Under the pieces are notes generated by a model, which was not told where the DNA came from, searched no databases, and was given only the letters and a program-made list of their open reading frames with translations. Shown here in pieces: positions 26,957 to 36,042 of a stretch of 64,000 bases of DNA. Both the position numbers and the translations under genes were made by a program. The number at the start of each line of letters is the position of its first letter. Within the stretch, counting starts at the first letter, position 1. This DNA is from an uncultured Thermoleophilaceae bacterium. GTDB lineage: Bacteria; Actinomycetota; Thermoleophilia; Solirubrobacterales; Thermoleophilaceae. The stretch spans positions 183,850 through 247,849 of the forward strand of contig CAVUIF010000010.1 in the NCBI GenBank assembly GCA_963741455.1. The letters are read 5' to 3'.

Positions 26957-28787
26957 CCGGCACGCGCTTGCGTGCACGCGCGGCCTTCTGGCGCTCGACC
27001 GGGTCGAGCACCAGCTTGCGCAGCCGCACCGCGTCCGGCGTGACCTCCACGCACTCGTCCTCGCGGATGAACTCGAGCGCCTGGTCGAGCGAGAGCCGGT
27101 GGTGGGGCACGAGCTTCACGGTCTCGTCCGAGCCGGCCGCGCGCATGTTCGTCAGCTTCTTCTCGCGCACGGCGTTCACGTCGAGGTCGTCGGCGCGCGC
27201 GTTCTCGCCGACCACCATCCCCTCGTAGACCTCCTCGCCGGGGCCGACGAAGAGCTGCCCGCGCTCCTGGAGCTTCAGCAGCGCGAACGTGGCCGTCGGG
27301 CCGCGGCGGTCGGCCACCAGCGAGCCGGTCGGGCCGCGTGCGGATCTCGCCCTGCCACGGCTCGTAGCGCTCGAACACCGAGTGGAGGATCCCCGAGCCG
27401 CGCGTCTCGGTGAGGAACTCGGTGCGGAAGCCGATCAGGCCGCGCGTGGGCACCAGGAACTCGAGCCGGACCCAGCCGGTCCCGTGGTTGACCATGTTCT
27501 CCATCCGGCCCTTCCGCAGGGCGAGCATCTGGGTGACGACGCCGAGGAAGTCCTCCGGCACGTCGATCGACAGCCGCTCGATCGGCTCGTTCAGCTCGCC
27601 GTCGATCTCGCGCGTCACGACCTGCGGCTTGCCGACGGTCAGCTCGAAGCCCTCGCGGCGCATCGACTCCACGAGCACGGCGAGCTGGAGCTCGCCGCGG
27701 CCCTGCACCTCCCAGGTGTCGCGACGCTCGGTGTCGAGCACGCGGATCGCCACGTTGCCCACGAGCTCCGCCTCGAGCCGGTCCTCGACCATGCGGGCGG
27801 TCAGCCGCGAGCCGGACTGGCCCGCCAGCGGCGAGCTGTTGATGCCGATGGTCACGCCGAGCGCGGGCTCGTCGATCGCGATCACGGGCAGCGGCGCGCG
27901 GGTCCTCGGGGTCGGCGATCGTCTCGCCGATCGTGATCTCGGGGATCCCGGCGAGCGCGATGATCTCGCCCGGGCCGGCCTCGTCGGCCGGCAGGCGCTG
28001 CGAGGCCCTCGTTCACGTACAGCTCGCTCACCTTCACCGTCTCGCTCGAGCCGTCGCGCTGCAGCCACGCCACCTGCTGCCCCTTCCGGATCGTGCCGTG
28101 GTGCACGCGGCACAGCGCGAGCCGGCCGACGTACGCGTCGGCGTCGAGGTTCGTGACGCGCGCCTGGAGCGGGTGCGAGTCCTCGTACTCCGGCGCCGGC
28201 ACGCTCTCCACGAGCAGGTCGAACAGCGGCCGGAGGTCGGAGCCCTCGACGCCCTCCTCGGTGGACGCCCAGCCCGCCTTCGCGTTCGTGTAGACGATCG
28301 GGAACTCGATCTGCGCGTCGTTCGCGTCGAGGTCGAGGAACAGCTCGTAGACCTCGTTCACGACCTCGCCGATGCGGGCGTCGGGGCGATCTACCTTGTT
28401 CACCACGAGCACCACCGGCAGCCCGGCCTCGAGCGCCTTGCGGAGCACGAAGCGGGTCTGCGGGAGCGGGCCCTCGGACGCGTCCACGAGCAGCATCACG
28501 CCGTCGACCATCGTGAGGCCGCGCTCCACCTCGCCGCCGAAGTCGGCGTGGCCGGGCGTGTCGACCAGGTTGAGCTTCACGTCGCCGTACCGGACGGCGG
28601 CGTTCTTGGCGAGGATCGTGATCCCGCGCTCGCGCTCCTGGTCCATCGAGTCCATGACGCGGTCGGTGAGCGCCTCGTGCGCGGCGAAGACGCCCGACTG
28701 GCGCAGCATCGCGTCGACCAGGGTCGTCTTGCCGTGGTCGACGTGGGCGATGATCGCGACGTTGCGGATGTCGGAGCGTTGGGGCAC
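26952..28787 (-). CDS. typA: translational GTPase TypA/BipA, interrupted by 3 apparent +1 frameshifts
   Basis: N-terminus [24 protein letters not shown]...[14 protein letters not shown]...VVNKVDR (ORF 27882-28787). Middle [28 protein letters not shown]...[11 protein letters not shown] (frame of 26887-28797). C-terminus [43 protein letters not shown]...RKRVPV (26952-27317). Shift sites are ~27998-28004, ~27893-27900 and 27331-27335. Confidence 0.9.
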
Positions 28788-28816
28788 GAGGCCCCAACGC
28801 TAGACACCTCCTGCCG

Positions 28817-29149
28817 CTAGTCGTCGTCGCGGTCGTCGCCGCCGTGCTGGCCGCCGCCGCCGGAGCGCTCGACCTCGATCGCGATCCAGCGCCCGTTCGA
28901 GCGCTTAACGATCGCCTCGACGCGGTTCATCCCGACCCTCAGGCCGCGGATGCCGTTGATCCGCTCGAACCTCGTGTTGCGGGTGATCCTGATGCGGATG
29001 GTGCCGCGCTCCGAGTCGCGGAGCCGGAACGTCTTCTTGGCAACGCTCTTGCCGACGACCGTGCCTTCGTACTGCGTGGCGGCCGAGGCGGTGGCGACTC
29101 CAAGCGACAGGGTGAGCGCGAGAGCTGTGATGAGAGCGATGGTCTTCAT
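28817..29149 (-). CDS. small secreted protein with acidic Gly/Asp C-terminal tail
   Basis: Signal peptide MKTIALITALALTLSLGVATASA, a beta-rich core, and a tail SGGGGQHGGDDRDDD that resembles the tails of the proteins at 51153-51596 and 53784-54395. Confidence 0.55.
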   Translation of the reverse strand: MKTIALITALALTLSLGVATASAATQYEGTVVGKSVAKKTFRLRDSERGTIRIRITRNTRFERINGIRGLRVGMNRVEAIVKRSNGRWIAIEVERSGGGGQHGGDDRDDD

Positions 29150-29228
29150 GCACCCACTGTTGCGCCGGGCACGTCAACCGCCGCCCAAGCGAGTTACAAG
29201 AGCGGGTAAGGACTTCTGGAGCCGGCGT

Positions 29229-30209
29229 CTACGCGGTGGTCGGCGCCGGAATCGGCGTCAGCCGGCGCGTGACGAGCACGTCGACCGCGGCCCAGGCGGC
29301 GAACGCCAGGCCGCCGACGGTGCCGGTTGCCGTGAGGAGCACACCCGCCGCAGCGGCCGCGGCGACGCCCTGCGGGCCCAGGATGAGGACGCTGGCGGCC
29401 GCGCCGACGCTCAGCCCGAAGGGCAGCTGGCCGAGCGTCACGACGGCGATCAGCACCGCGATCGCGTCGAACACGGAGGCATCCACGCCCACCGCGTGCA
29501 GCAGGAGCCAGTTGCGCGCGATCTGCGCGAACACGGCCACGAGCACCAGGCCAACGAGCAGCCCGCGGTTGCGGGCGGTTCGCATGACGGACAGTCCCTG
29601 CGCCAGCCAGCGCGCCCGCGCGGCGGCGACGCTGCGGAAGGCCAGCCCCACCGCTCCCACGGCCGCCAGGCATACGAGCGGCGACCACCAGGGCAGGCCG
29701 AGCGGACCGACGAGCGTGAACGAGGTGAGGGCCGCGAGGGCGGCCTCGACGTAGAGGATCGGCAGCTCGGCGGCGATCAGCGCCGGGACCCGCGGGGTCT
29801 CCTCCGGCGCGAACCGCCGCAGCGACGCGATGCGCGCCGCCGTCCCGAGCTGGCTGTTCAGCAGCTGGCCGACACAGCCCATGCTCGAGGCGCGGTAGAG
29901 CTTGCGCCGGCTGACGGTCCCGCCCGAGGCGTTCACACAGACGCGCCATGCCTCGCTGCGCGACACGAGCGCGATCACCTGAAGCGCGACCGCGACGGCC
30001 ACGATGCTCGCGGCCGCGCCGGTGATGCCGGCCTCGAGCTCGTCCCACCTCCCGACGAGGACGGCGACGAGCGCCACGCTCGCGCCGATGGAGGCACCCA
30101 GCGTCAGGGGCCTTCGGAGGCCTTCCGGCAAGCCATCTCCCACACCTCTCTCGGAGATACCGCACGAAGGCAGAGGCGGTGGCCTGGGGACGGTCTGCAA
30201 GAACACCAT
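29229..30209 (-). CDS. UPF0104/lysylphosphatidylglycerol-synthase-TM-region family (flippase-like) membrane protein
   Basis: 326 aa, ~8 TM helices, with characteristic segments (LYRASSMGCVGQLLNSQLGTAARIASLRR; LLLHAVGVDASVFDAIAVLIAVVTLGQLPFGLSVG). Confidence 0.65.
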   Translation of the reverse strand: MVFLQTVPRPPPLPSCGISERGVGDGLPEGLRRPLTLGASIGASVALVAVLVGRWDELEAGITGAAASIVAVAVALQVIALVSRSEAWRVCVNASGGTVSRRKLYRASSMGCVGQLLNSQLGTAARIASLRRFAPEETPRVPALIAAELPILYVEAALAALTSFTLVGPLGLPWWSPLVCLAAVGAVGLAFRSVAAARARWLAQGLSVMRTARNRGLLVGLVLVAVFAQIARNWLLLHAVGVDASVFDAIAVLIAVVTLGQLPFGLSVGAAASVLILGPQGVAAAAAAGVLLTATGTVGGLAFAAWAAVDVLVTRRLTPIPAPTTA

Positions 30210-30259
30210 ACCCGCAGTTGGTTAGGGTCCGGCCGACCCCCTACCAGGAGTGAAGCGCA

Positions 30260-30781
30260 ATGGTCGAAGGAGTCCGCGACCAGCAGACATCCACGCCGGG
30301 CAGCGGCGCCGCCGAGGCGGTGCCCCACGGAGTCGAGTTCAAGCGTGTGAACACGCTCGTCGACGAGCGCGGGACTCTCTGTGAGATGTTCGACGAGCGC
30401 TGGGACTGGTCGCCCCACCCGCTCGTCTACTCCTACTTCTGCACCGTCCGGCCCGGCGTGGTCAAGGGCTGGGCGCTGCATCGCGAGCACGAGGACCGCT
30501 ACTTCGTCGTGCAGGGCGAGATGGAGGTCACCCTGTACGACGACCGCGACGGGTCGCCGACCCAGGGCATGGTCGCCCAGATCTACCTGACCGAGTTCGA
30601 GCGCCGCCTCATGAACATCCCCGCCGGGGTGTGGCATGCCGACCGCAACGTCGGCGCAAAGGACGTGCTGCTCGTGAACTTCCCCACCCAGCCGTTCGAC
30701 CACGAGAACCCGGACAAGTACCGGCTACCGATCGACACCGAGCTGATCCCGCACTCTTTCGGCGATGCCCGGGGCTGGTAG
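30260..30781 (+). CDS. RmlC-like cupin (dTDP-4-dehydrorhamnose 3,5-epimerase family / sugar epimerase-isomerase)
   Basis: LVDERGTLCEMFDE...GVVKGWALHREHEDRYFVVQGEMEVTLYDDR...MNIPAGVWHADRNVG...LLVNFPTQPFDHENPDKYRLP follows the RmlC-like pattern. Confidence 0.7.
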   Translation: MVEGVRDQQTSTPGSGAAEAVPHGVEFKRVNTLVDERGTLCEMFDERWDWSPHPLVYSYFCTVRPGVVKGWALHREHEDRYFVVQGEMEVTLYDDRDGSPTQGMVAQIYLTEFERRLMNIPAGVWHADRNVGAKDVLLVNFPTQPFDHENPDKYRLPIDTELIPHSFGDARGW

Positions 30782-31929
30782 CCCTGGAGCTCCCGCGCGA
30801 CGCCGATCCCCGCGCCTCGATCCTGATAGCGGCCTTTAGCCCGCCGGAGTTCGGGCGCTGTGTGCGTTCGCTCGCCACGCATCTCAGCGGCGAGCCGGCC
30901 TGCGAGGTGATCGCCACGCTCAACGGCCCCGCCGACGCCCTGCTCGAGGCCGCGAACGGGGTCGAGGGACTGCGGAGCATCGACCCTCGGGTGAATCTGG
31001 GTCTGGCGGCGGGCCTGAATCTCGCGCGCGAGTCGGCTCGCGGCGAGCTGTTGGTGCTGGTGCAGGACGACGCCGAGATCGAGGCGGGCTGGCTGGAGGC
31101 GCTCGTGGCCGCGGCCGACGCGCACCCCGACGCTGGTGCGGTGGGCGGCCTGGTCTGCTGGCCGGACGGCGAGCGCGTTCAGACCGCGGGCCTCGTCCTG
31201 TGGGCCGACTGCTCCCACTCGGAGGTGGGCTTGGGCACCCGGCCCGGCGAGTGGGACCGCCGCGAGCCGTTCGCGGTCGACTACTGCTCGTCGAGCTCGC
31301 TGCTCGTGCGGGCGGAGGTCTGGGATGAGATAGGCGGGCCCGACGACGCATTCTTCCCCGCCGGCCACGTGGACGCCGACCTTGCCATGCGCATCCGGCG
31401 CAGCGGTCGCCCGGTGCTGGTGGAGCCGCGCGCTCGTTCGCGCCATCGCCGTGGCGCGAGCAGCACCAAGCCGTTCAAGCGCTTCATCGCCGTGCGCAAC
31501 GCCGAGCTGTTTCGCGAGCGCTGGGGCGAGGAGCTCGCCCGCACCCAGGAGCCGCGCGGCGAGGCCGGGGCGGAGGAACTCGACCGGGCGCTCGCCCGAG
31601 CGGCGGAGCGCCGCGGCGCCGCGCCGGCACCGGCGCCGGCCCGGGGCCGAGCTCCCGCTTCGGGCCCGGACCCGCTCGACGTGGCCAACCGCCACATCCG
31701 GCTCCACCGGGCCTACGAGGCCGAGCTCGAGCCCGCGCTCGAGTACTTCGAGACCGAGGCGGCGGAGCAGCGCGAGCGCGCGAACGAGTTGAGCGCACAG
31801 CTCGAGGCGATCACCGGTGGCGGCTGGTGGCGGCTGCGCGAGCGCCTGCTTCCGCTGCTCGGCCTGGCCGGGGCGCTCCAGCGGCGACTAACCCGGCGCC
31901 GCCCCGAATCGCTCCGTGCGAATGACTGA
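30775..31929 (+). CDS. glycosyltransferase family 2 with C-terminal coiled-coil-like tail; start codon unresolved
   Basis: ASILIAAFSPPEFGRCVRSLATHL...ELLVLVQDDAEIEAGWLEAL...GGLV...FFPAGHVDADLAMRIRRSG. No ATG/GTG/TTG lies in frame between 30631 (inside the previous gene) and the conserved first beta-strand; only CTG codons at 30775 and 30784. Confidence 0.65.
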   Translation: MVALELPRDADPRASILIAAFSPPEFGRCVRSLATHLSGEPACEVIATLNGPADALLEAANGVEGLRSIDPRVNLGLAAGLNLARESARGELLVLVQDDAEIEAGWLEALVAAADAHPDAGAVGGLVCWPDGERVQTAGLVLWADCSHSEVGLGTRPGEWDRREPFAVDYCSSSSLLVRAEVWDEIGGPDDAFFPAGHVDADLAMRIRRSGRPVLVEPRARSRHRRGASSTKPFKRFIAVRNAELFRERWGEELARTQEPRGEAGAEELDRALARAAERRGAAPAPAPARGRAPASGPDPLDVANRHIRLHRAYEAELEPALEYFETEAAEQRERANELSAQLEAITGGGWWRLRERLLPLLGLAGALQRRLTRRRPESLRAND

Positions 31930-32613
31930 CGGGTCCATGCCGAGGTCGAGCAGGAGGCCGGCCGCCGTCTCCACGAACCCGTTCGACCCGCACACGAACG
32001 CGAGCCGGGCGCCCGCGGCCGGCTCGCGCAGCAGCTCGGCGTCGACGTGCCCGGTGTGGCCGGTCCAGCCGCCGGGTGCCTCCCGCGTGTAGGTGAGCGC
32101 GGCGTCGTCGCCCAGCTCGTCCGCGTAGATCACGTCGTCCGCGTATCGCACCGAGTACACGAGCCGCATGTCGAGCTCGGGCATCGTGCGCCGCTTGTGG
32201 CGGAGCATCGCCATCAGCGGCGCGATTCCGGACCCGCCGCCCACGAGCACCACCGGCGACTCGCCGCGCCACACGAAGTACGACGTGAACGGGCCGCGCA
32301 CCTCGACCTGGTCGCCCTCCTCGACCACCTCGTGGAAGTACGGCGACACCTCGCCGTCGTCGAGCAGGTCGATCGTCAGCTCCACCTCGCCCTCGTCGAG
32401 CGGGGAGGACGACACCGAGTAGGAGCGCTGGGCCCGGTAGCCGTCAGGATCGGTCAGCCGCACGTCGTAGTGCTGGCCGGGGAGGTGGGGCATCCACATC
32501 GGCACGACGAGCCGGAACGACTTGACGCGCGGCGTCTCGACCTTGACGTCCTTGACGGTGGCGATCTGCCACCGGCCTGGCGCCTTCTGCTCGACCGGCG
32601 TCAGTCGTTCCAA
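31888..32613 (-). CDS. ferredoxin-NADP reductase-like FAD/NAD(P)-binding oxidoreductase
   Basis: From TTG 32613: [23 protein letters not shown]...RSYSVSS (RxYS FAD motif)...[18 protein letters not shown]...[11 protein letters not shown]. It appears fused to the upstream gene in the track only because of a frameshift there. Confidence 0.7.
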   Translation of the reverse strand: MERLTPVEQKAPGRWQIATVKDVKVETPRVKSFRLVVPMWMPHLPGQHYDVRLTDPDGYRAQRSYSVSSSPLDEGEVELTIDLLDDGEVSPYFHEVVEEGDQVEVRGPFTSYFVWRGESPVVLVGGGSGIAPLMAMLRHKRRTMPELDMRLVYSVRYADDVIYADELGDDAALTYTREAPGGWTGHTGHVDAELLREPAAGARLAFVCGSNGFVETAAGLLLDLGMDPSVIRTERFGAAPG

Positions 32614-33213
32614 TAGCGCTCTTCCTTCCAGGGGTCGCCGCGGTTGTGGTAGCCGTTCAGCTCCCAGAAGCCCGGCTCGTCGTGGTCCAGGATCCGGAGC
32701 CCGGCGACCCATTTCGCGCTCTTCCAGAAGTAGAGGTGCGGCACGAGGAGCCGCGCCGGGCCCGCCGTGCTCGCGCGGCAGCGGCTCGCCCTCGTGCTCT
32801 GTCACGACCCAGGCCTTGCCGCCGGTGAGGTCGGCGAGCGAGACGTTCGTCGTGTAGCCGCCGTAGGAGTACGCCGTCGCGTAGCCGCCCTGCGGCTCGG
32901 CGCCCTCGAGCAGCGTGTCCACCGACACCCCGCCGAAGCTGGTGCCGAGCTTCGACCACTTGGTCACGCAGTGGATGTCGCACGGCACGGTCTCGAACGG
33001 AAGCGCGTGGAACTCCTCCCAGGTCAACTCCGTCTCGCGGCCGACCATGCCGTCGATCCGGAAGCCCCAGGCATCCGTATCGACGCGCGGTGTGGGGCCG
33101 GCGGTGAGCACCGGGAAGCCCCGCTCGACGTACTGCCCGGGCGGCACCCGGTCGGCGAGCTCCTCCGGTGTCTGGCGGCGGCGTGAAAAGCCTCTCGAGA
33201 CGAAGTTGCTCAT
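32601..33213 (-). CDS. sulfite-oxidase-like molybdopterin-dependent oxidoreductase (YedY/MsrP-type catalytic subunit family), apparent +1 frameshift at 32751-32763
   Basis: [33 protein letters not shown]...[22 protein letters not shown]...EHGGP. After dropping one base in GGGCCCGG the highly conserved end [51 protein letters not shown] appears (stop at 32601-32603). Confidence 0.8.
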
Positions 33214-33229
33214 GTCTTAACCGTAAGGT

Positions 33230-33571
33230 GTGAGCCAACCCGGTTACATCTGTCAAATGACTGCCTGCGCACACGTCGACAGCGTCCAGATCACCGAGTT
33301 GCCGGAGACGGTTCCGGGGTGCGAGGACTGCCTCGCGATCGACTCCCCGTGGTGCCACCTGCGGATGTGCATGACATGCGGGCACGTGGGCTGCTGCGAC
33401 TCGTCGCCGAACAAGCACGCGACCGCTCACGCCGGCGCCACGGGCCACCCGATCATGCGCTCGGTGCAGCCGGGCGAGAACTGGGCGTGGTGCTACGTGG
33501 ACGAGGTGTCGATGGTGCTCCCGCAGGTGACGGGCGAGCCGAGCATCCCGCCGTCGCCGCTATGCCCCTAG
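33230..33571 (+). CDS. UBP-type zinc-finger domain protein
   Basis: CEDCLAIDSPWCHLRMCMTCGHVGCCDSSPNKHATAHAGATGHPIMRSVQPGENWAWCYVDE matches the zf-UBP pattern. The start is probably ATG 33248 (MTACAHVD). Confidence 0.7.
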   Translation: MSQPGYICQMTACAHVDSVQITELPETVPGCEDCLAIDSPWCHLRMCMTCGHVGCCDSSPNKHATAHAGATGHPIMRSVQPGENWAWCYVDEVSMVLPQVTGEPSIPPSPLCP

Positions 33572-33597
33572 GCCGCGGTTAGACGCCGGATACGCTC

Positions 33598-34422
33598 GTG
33601 GACATCCGCGTCACGCACATCGGCGGACCGACGACGCTGATCGAGGTCGGTGGCTGGCGGATCCTCACCGACCCCACGTTCGATCCCCCCGGCCGGAAAT
33701 ACACCTTCGGCTGGGGGACGTCGTCGCGGAAGACGGAGGGGCCCGCGCTGGCGGCCGACGAGCTGCCGCCCATCGACGCCGTGCTCCTGAGCCACGACCA
33801 CCACGACGACAACCTCGACGACGCCGGCCGGGCGCTGCTGCCGTCGGCCGGCGTGGTCGTCACGACGGCGCCGGGCGCGAAGCGGCTCGGCGGCGGGGCG
33901 CGCGGGCTGGAGCCGTGGGAGACGACTCGCCTCGAGGCGCCGGACAAGCCGGCGATCGAGGTGACGGCGACGCCATGCCGTCACGGCCCGCCGCTGAGCC
34001 GGCCGATAGTCGGACACGTGATCGGCTTCGCGCTCCGCTGGGACGCCCAGGAGCACGGCGTGCTGTGGATCACGGGCGACACCGTGCTGTACGACGGCGT
34101 GCGCGAGGTGGCGAACCGCCTCGAAGTCGACCTCGCGCTCGTGCACCTGGGAGGCGTCCGGTTCCCGATCACCGGCCCGGCCCGCTACACGATGACCGCC
34201 CGCGACGCGGTGGAGCTGCTCGGCCTCGTCCGGCCGAACACGGCGATCCCGATCCACTACGCCGGCTGGAAGCACTTCCACCAGCCGCGCGAGGAGGCCG
34301 AGCGCGAGTTCGCGAGCGCGCCCGCCGAGGTGCGCGACGCCGTGCGATGGATCCCGCAGGGCGAGCCGGTGACGATCGAGGCGGAGCTCGCGCGCCGCCG
34401 CCCAGCCACTCGGGCGCAGTAG
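33598..34422 (+). CDS. MBL-fold metallo-hydrolase
   Basis: IRVTHIGGPTTLIEVGGWRILTDPTFDPPG...IDAVLLSHDHHDDNLD (HxHxDH-type motif)...LVHLGG. Confidence 0.75.
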   Translation: MDIRVTHIGGPTTLIEVGGWRILTDPTFDPPGRKYTFGWGTSSRKTEGPALAADELPPIDAVLLSHDHHDDNLDDAGRALLPSAGVVVTTAPGAKRLGGGARGLEPWETTRLEAPDKPAIEVTATPCRHGPPLSRPIVGHVIGFALRWDAQEHGVLWITGDTVLYDGVREVANRLEVDLALVHLGGVRFPITGPARYTMTARDAVELLGLVRPNTAIPIHYAGWKHFHQPREEAEREFASAPAEVRDAVRWIPQGEPVTIEAELARRRPATRAQ

Positions 34423-34533
34423 GACGAGCCGCCGCGTACGACCCAGGCGGCCTGCCTCCCTTTGTGGTGGCGGCGTGTCAGCGTCAGCCGGGCACTGCTG
34501 TGAATTATCCACCCGCCCGGGGAGGAATGGAAG

Positions 34534-34668
34534 ATGGAGCAGAGCGAGATCGAGGATGTGGTCCGGCGGGCATACGCCTTCGAGCGTTGCTGGCGACCGG
34601 CCTTCGTAGAGAGCGATGAGGTGTTCGTGCGCTACGAGTTCGAGCGAGACTACGGCGTCCCGAGGTGA
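34534..34668 (+). CDS. possible 44-aa small ORF translationally coupled to uvsE
   Basis: GGAGG lies 8-9 nt upstream of ATG 34534. The product is MEQSEIEDVVRRAYAFERCWRPAFVESDEVFVRYEFERDYGVPR*. Stop TGA 34666-34668 overlaps GTG 34665 of the UV endonuclease gene (GTGA). It is too short for the supplied track. Confidence 0.3.
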   Translation: MEQSEIEDVVRRAYAFERCWRPAFVESDEVFVRYEFERDYGVPR

Positions 34669-35585
34669 CGAGCCATCGCCTCGGCTTCGCGGTGAAGGTG
34701 CTCGGTGACGGCGGCCTGCCGTCGCACGACACGCGCCGCTGGCAGTCCGGGCCGCACCTGCGCCACTCGCTCGAGCGGCTGCGGGCGATCCTCGACTACT
34801 GCGACGCGCACGACATCCGGATGTACCGGATGGCGACCGCGCTCGCGCCCTACTCGAGCCATCCCGAGCTGACCCAGTTCCACGGCCAGGTCGAGGAGTG
34901 CGCCGGCGAGCTCGCCGCGGTCGGCCGGCTCGCGCGCGAGCGCGGCATCCGGCTCTCGACCCATCCCGGCCAGTACACGGTGCTGAACTCGACCGAGGAG
35001 CGGGTGCAGGCGGCTGCGGTCGCCGAGCTGGAGGTGCAGGCCGCGCTGCTCGACGCGATGGAGCTGGGTCCCGAGGCCGTCGTGGTGCTGCACGTGGGTG
35101 GCGCCGCGGGCGGAGTCGACGCGGCGTGCGACCGCTTCCTCGCCGGCTTCGAGATGCTCGGCGAGGCCGCCCGCCGGCGGCTCGTGATCGAGAACGACGA
35201 CCGCTCGTTCGGGATCGGCGACGTGGTGGCCCTGGCGGAGCGCGCCGGCCTGCGCGTGATCTGGGACGCGCTCCACCACCACTGCCACGACCCGCACGGG
35301 ATGAGCGACCGCGAGGCGCTCGCGGCCGCGTTCGCCACCTGGCCCGAGGATGAGACGCCGAAGATCCACTACTCCTCGCCGCGGCTCGACATCGACCCGC
35401 GCACGCTGCGGATGCCTCAGCTCCGCGCGCACGCCGACCTGGTCGACCCGCTCGCGTTCGAGGGCTTCATGCGCGACGTCGCGGGCGAGCGCGACTTCGA
35501 CGTGATGCTCGAGGCGAAGGCGAAGGACCTCGCGCTCCTCCGGCTGCGCGAGCAGCTCGCGGGGCGCGGCCTGGCCGTCTCGTAG
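34665..35585 (+). CDS. uvsE: UV damage endonuclease (UvdE/UvsE)
   Basis: RLGFAVKVLG...RHSLERLRAILDYCDAHDIRMYRM...RLSTHPGQYTVLNS...VVVLHVGG...RLVIENDDRSF...IWDALHHHCH...IHYSSPR...HADLV...FDVMLEAKAKDLALLRL, TIM-barrel UVDE hallmarks throughout. Confidence 0.85.
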   Translation: MTSHRLGFAVKVLGDGGLPSHDTRRWQSGPHLRHSLERLRAILDYCDAHDIRMYRMATALAPYSSHPELTQFHGQVEECAGELAAVGRLARERGIRLSTHPGQYTVLNSTEERVQAAAVAELEVQAALLDAMELGPEAVVVLHVGGAAGGVDAACDRFLAGFEMLGEAARRRLVIENDDRSFGIGDVVALAERAGLRVIWDALHHHCHDPHGMSDREALAAAFATWPEDETPKIHYSSPRLDIDPRTLRMPQLRAHADLVDPLAFEGFMRDVAGERDFDVMLEAKAKDLALLRLREQLAGRGLAVS

Positions 35586-35597
35586 CCTCCACGGGCG

Positions 35598-35984
35598 ATG
35601 TCAGCCGAGAACGTCGAGGTGGTCCGCCGGATCCACGAGACCCGGAACCGCGAAGGGGTGTCGATGCGCGAGCTGCTCGCGGAGGACCTCGAGTACGTGA
35701 ACCCCCCATACGCGGTCGAGCCGGGCACGCGCGTGGGATGGCGGTGGTACGGGTCCGTGCGCGAGACCTATCCGGACTTCGAGTTCCGGGTCGACCGCTA
35801 TGTGGACACCGACGGCGACCGGGTCGTGGTGCTGGGCCGCTACACGGCGTCCGGCGGCGCGAGCGGGATCGAGCTGGAGGGCGAGCACGGATACGTGTGG
35901 ACGATCAGGGACGGCCGGGCGGTTCGCTTCCAGTGGTTCCAGTCGCACGACGAGGCGCTCGCGGCCGCGGGCATCGCCGGCTGA
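35598..35984 (+). CDS. SnoaL/NTF2-like (ketosteroid isomerase-like) small protein
   Basis: 128 aa. NVEVVRRIHETRNREG...DLEYVNP...VVVLGRYTASG...YVWTIRDGRAVRFQWFQSHDEAL is the typical NTF2-like pattern. Confidence 0.6.
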   Translation: MSAENVEVVRRIHETRNREGVSMRELLAEDLEYVNPPYAVEPGTRVGWRWYGSVRETYPDFEFRVDRYVDTDGDRVVVLGRYTASGGASGIELEGEHGYVWTIRDGRAVRFQWFQSHDEALAAAGIAG

Positions 35985-36042
35985 TTCGTCTCCGCGCGTA
36001 AGGAACCGCGCGCTTCCTTCTCTCTCGGGGTGGAACCCATAG

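Noticed and set aside
26952-28787. typA as a genuine pseudogene
   Set aside because: All three disruptions are single extra bases and the protein is otherwise perfectly conserved end to end. The same error signature is seen in many unrelated genes, so a sequencing artefact is the simpler explanation.
35985-36042. Rho-independent terminator after the SnoaL-like gene (AAGGAA-CCGCGCGC-TTCCTT)
   Set aside because: The stem is only 6 bp with a GC-rich loop and no following T-tract. That is not convincing in this GC context.
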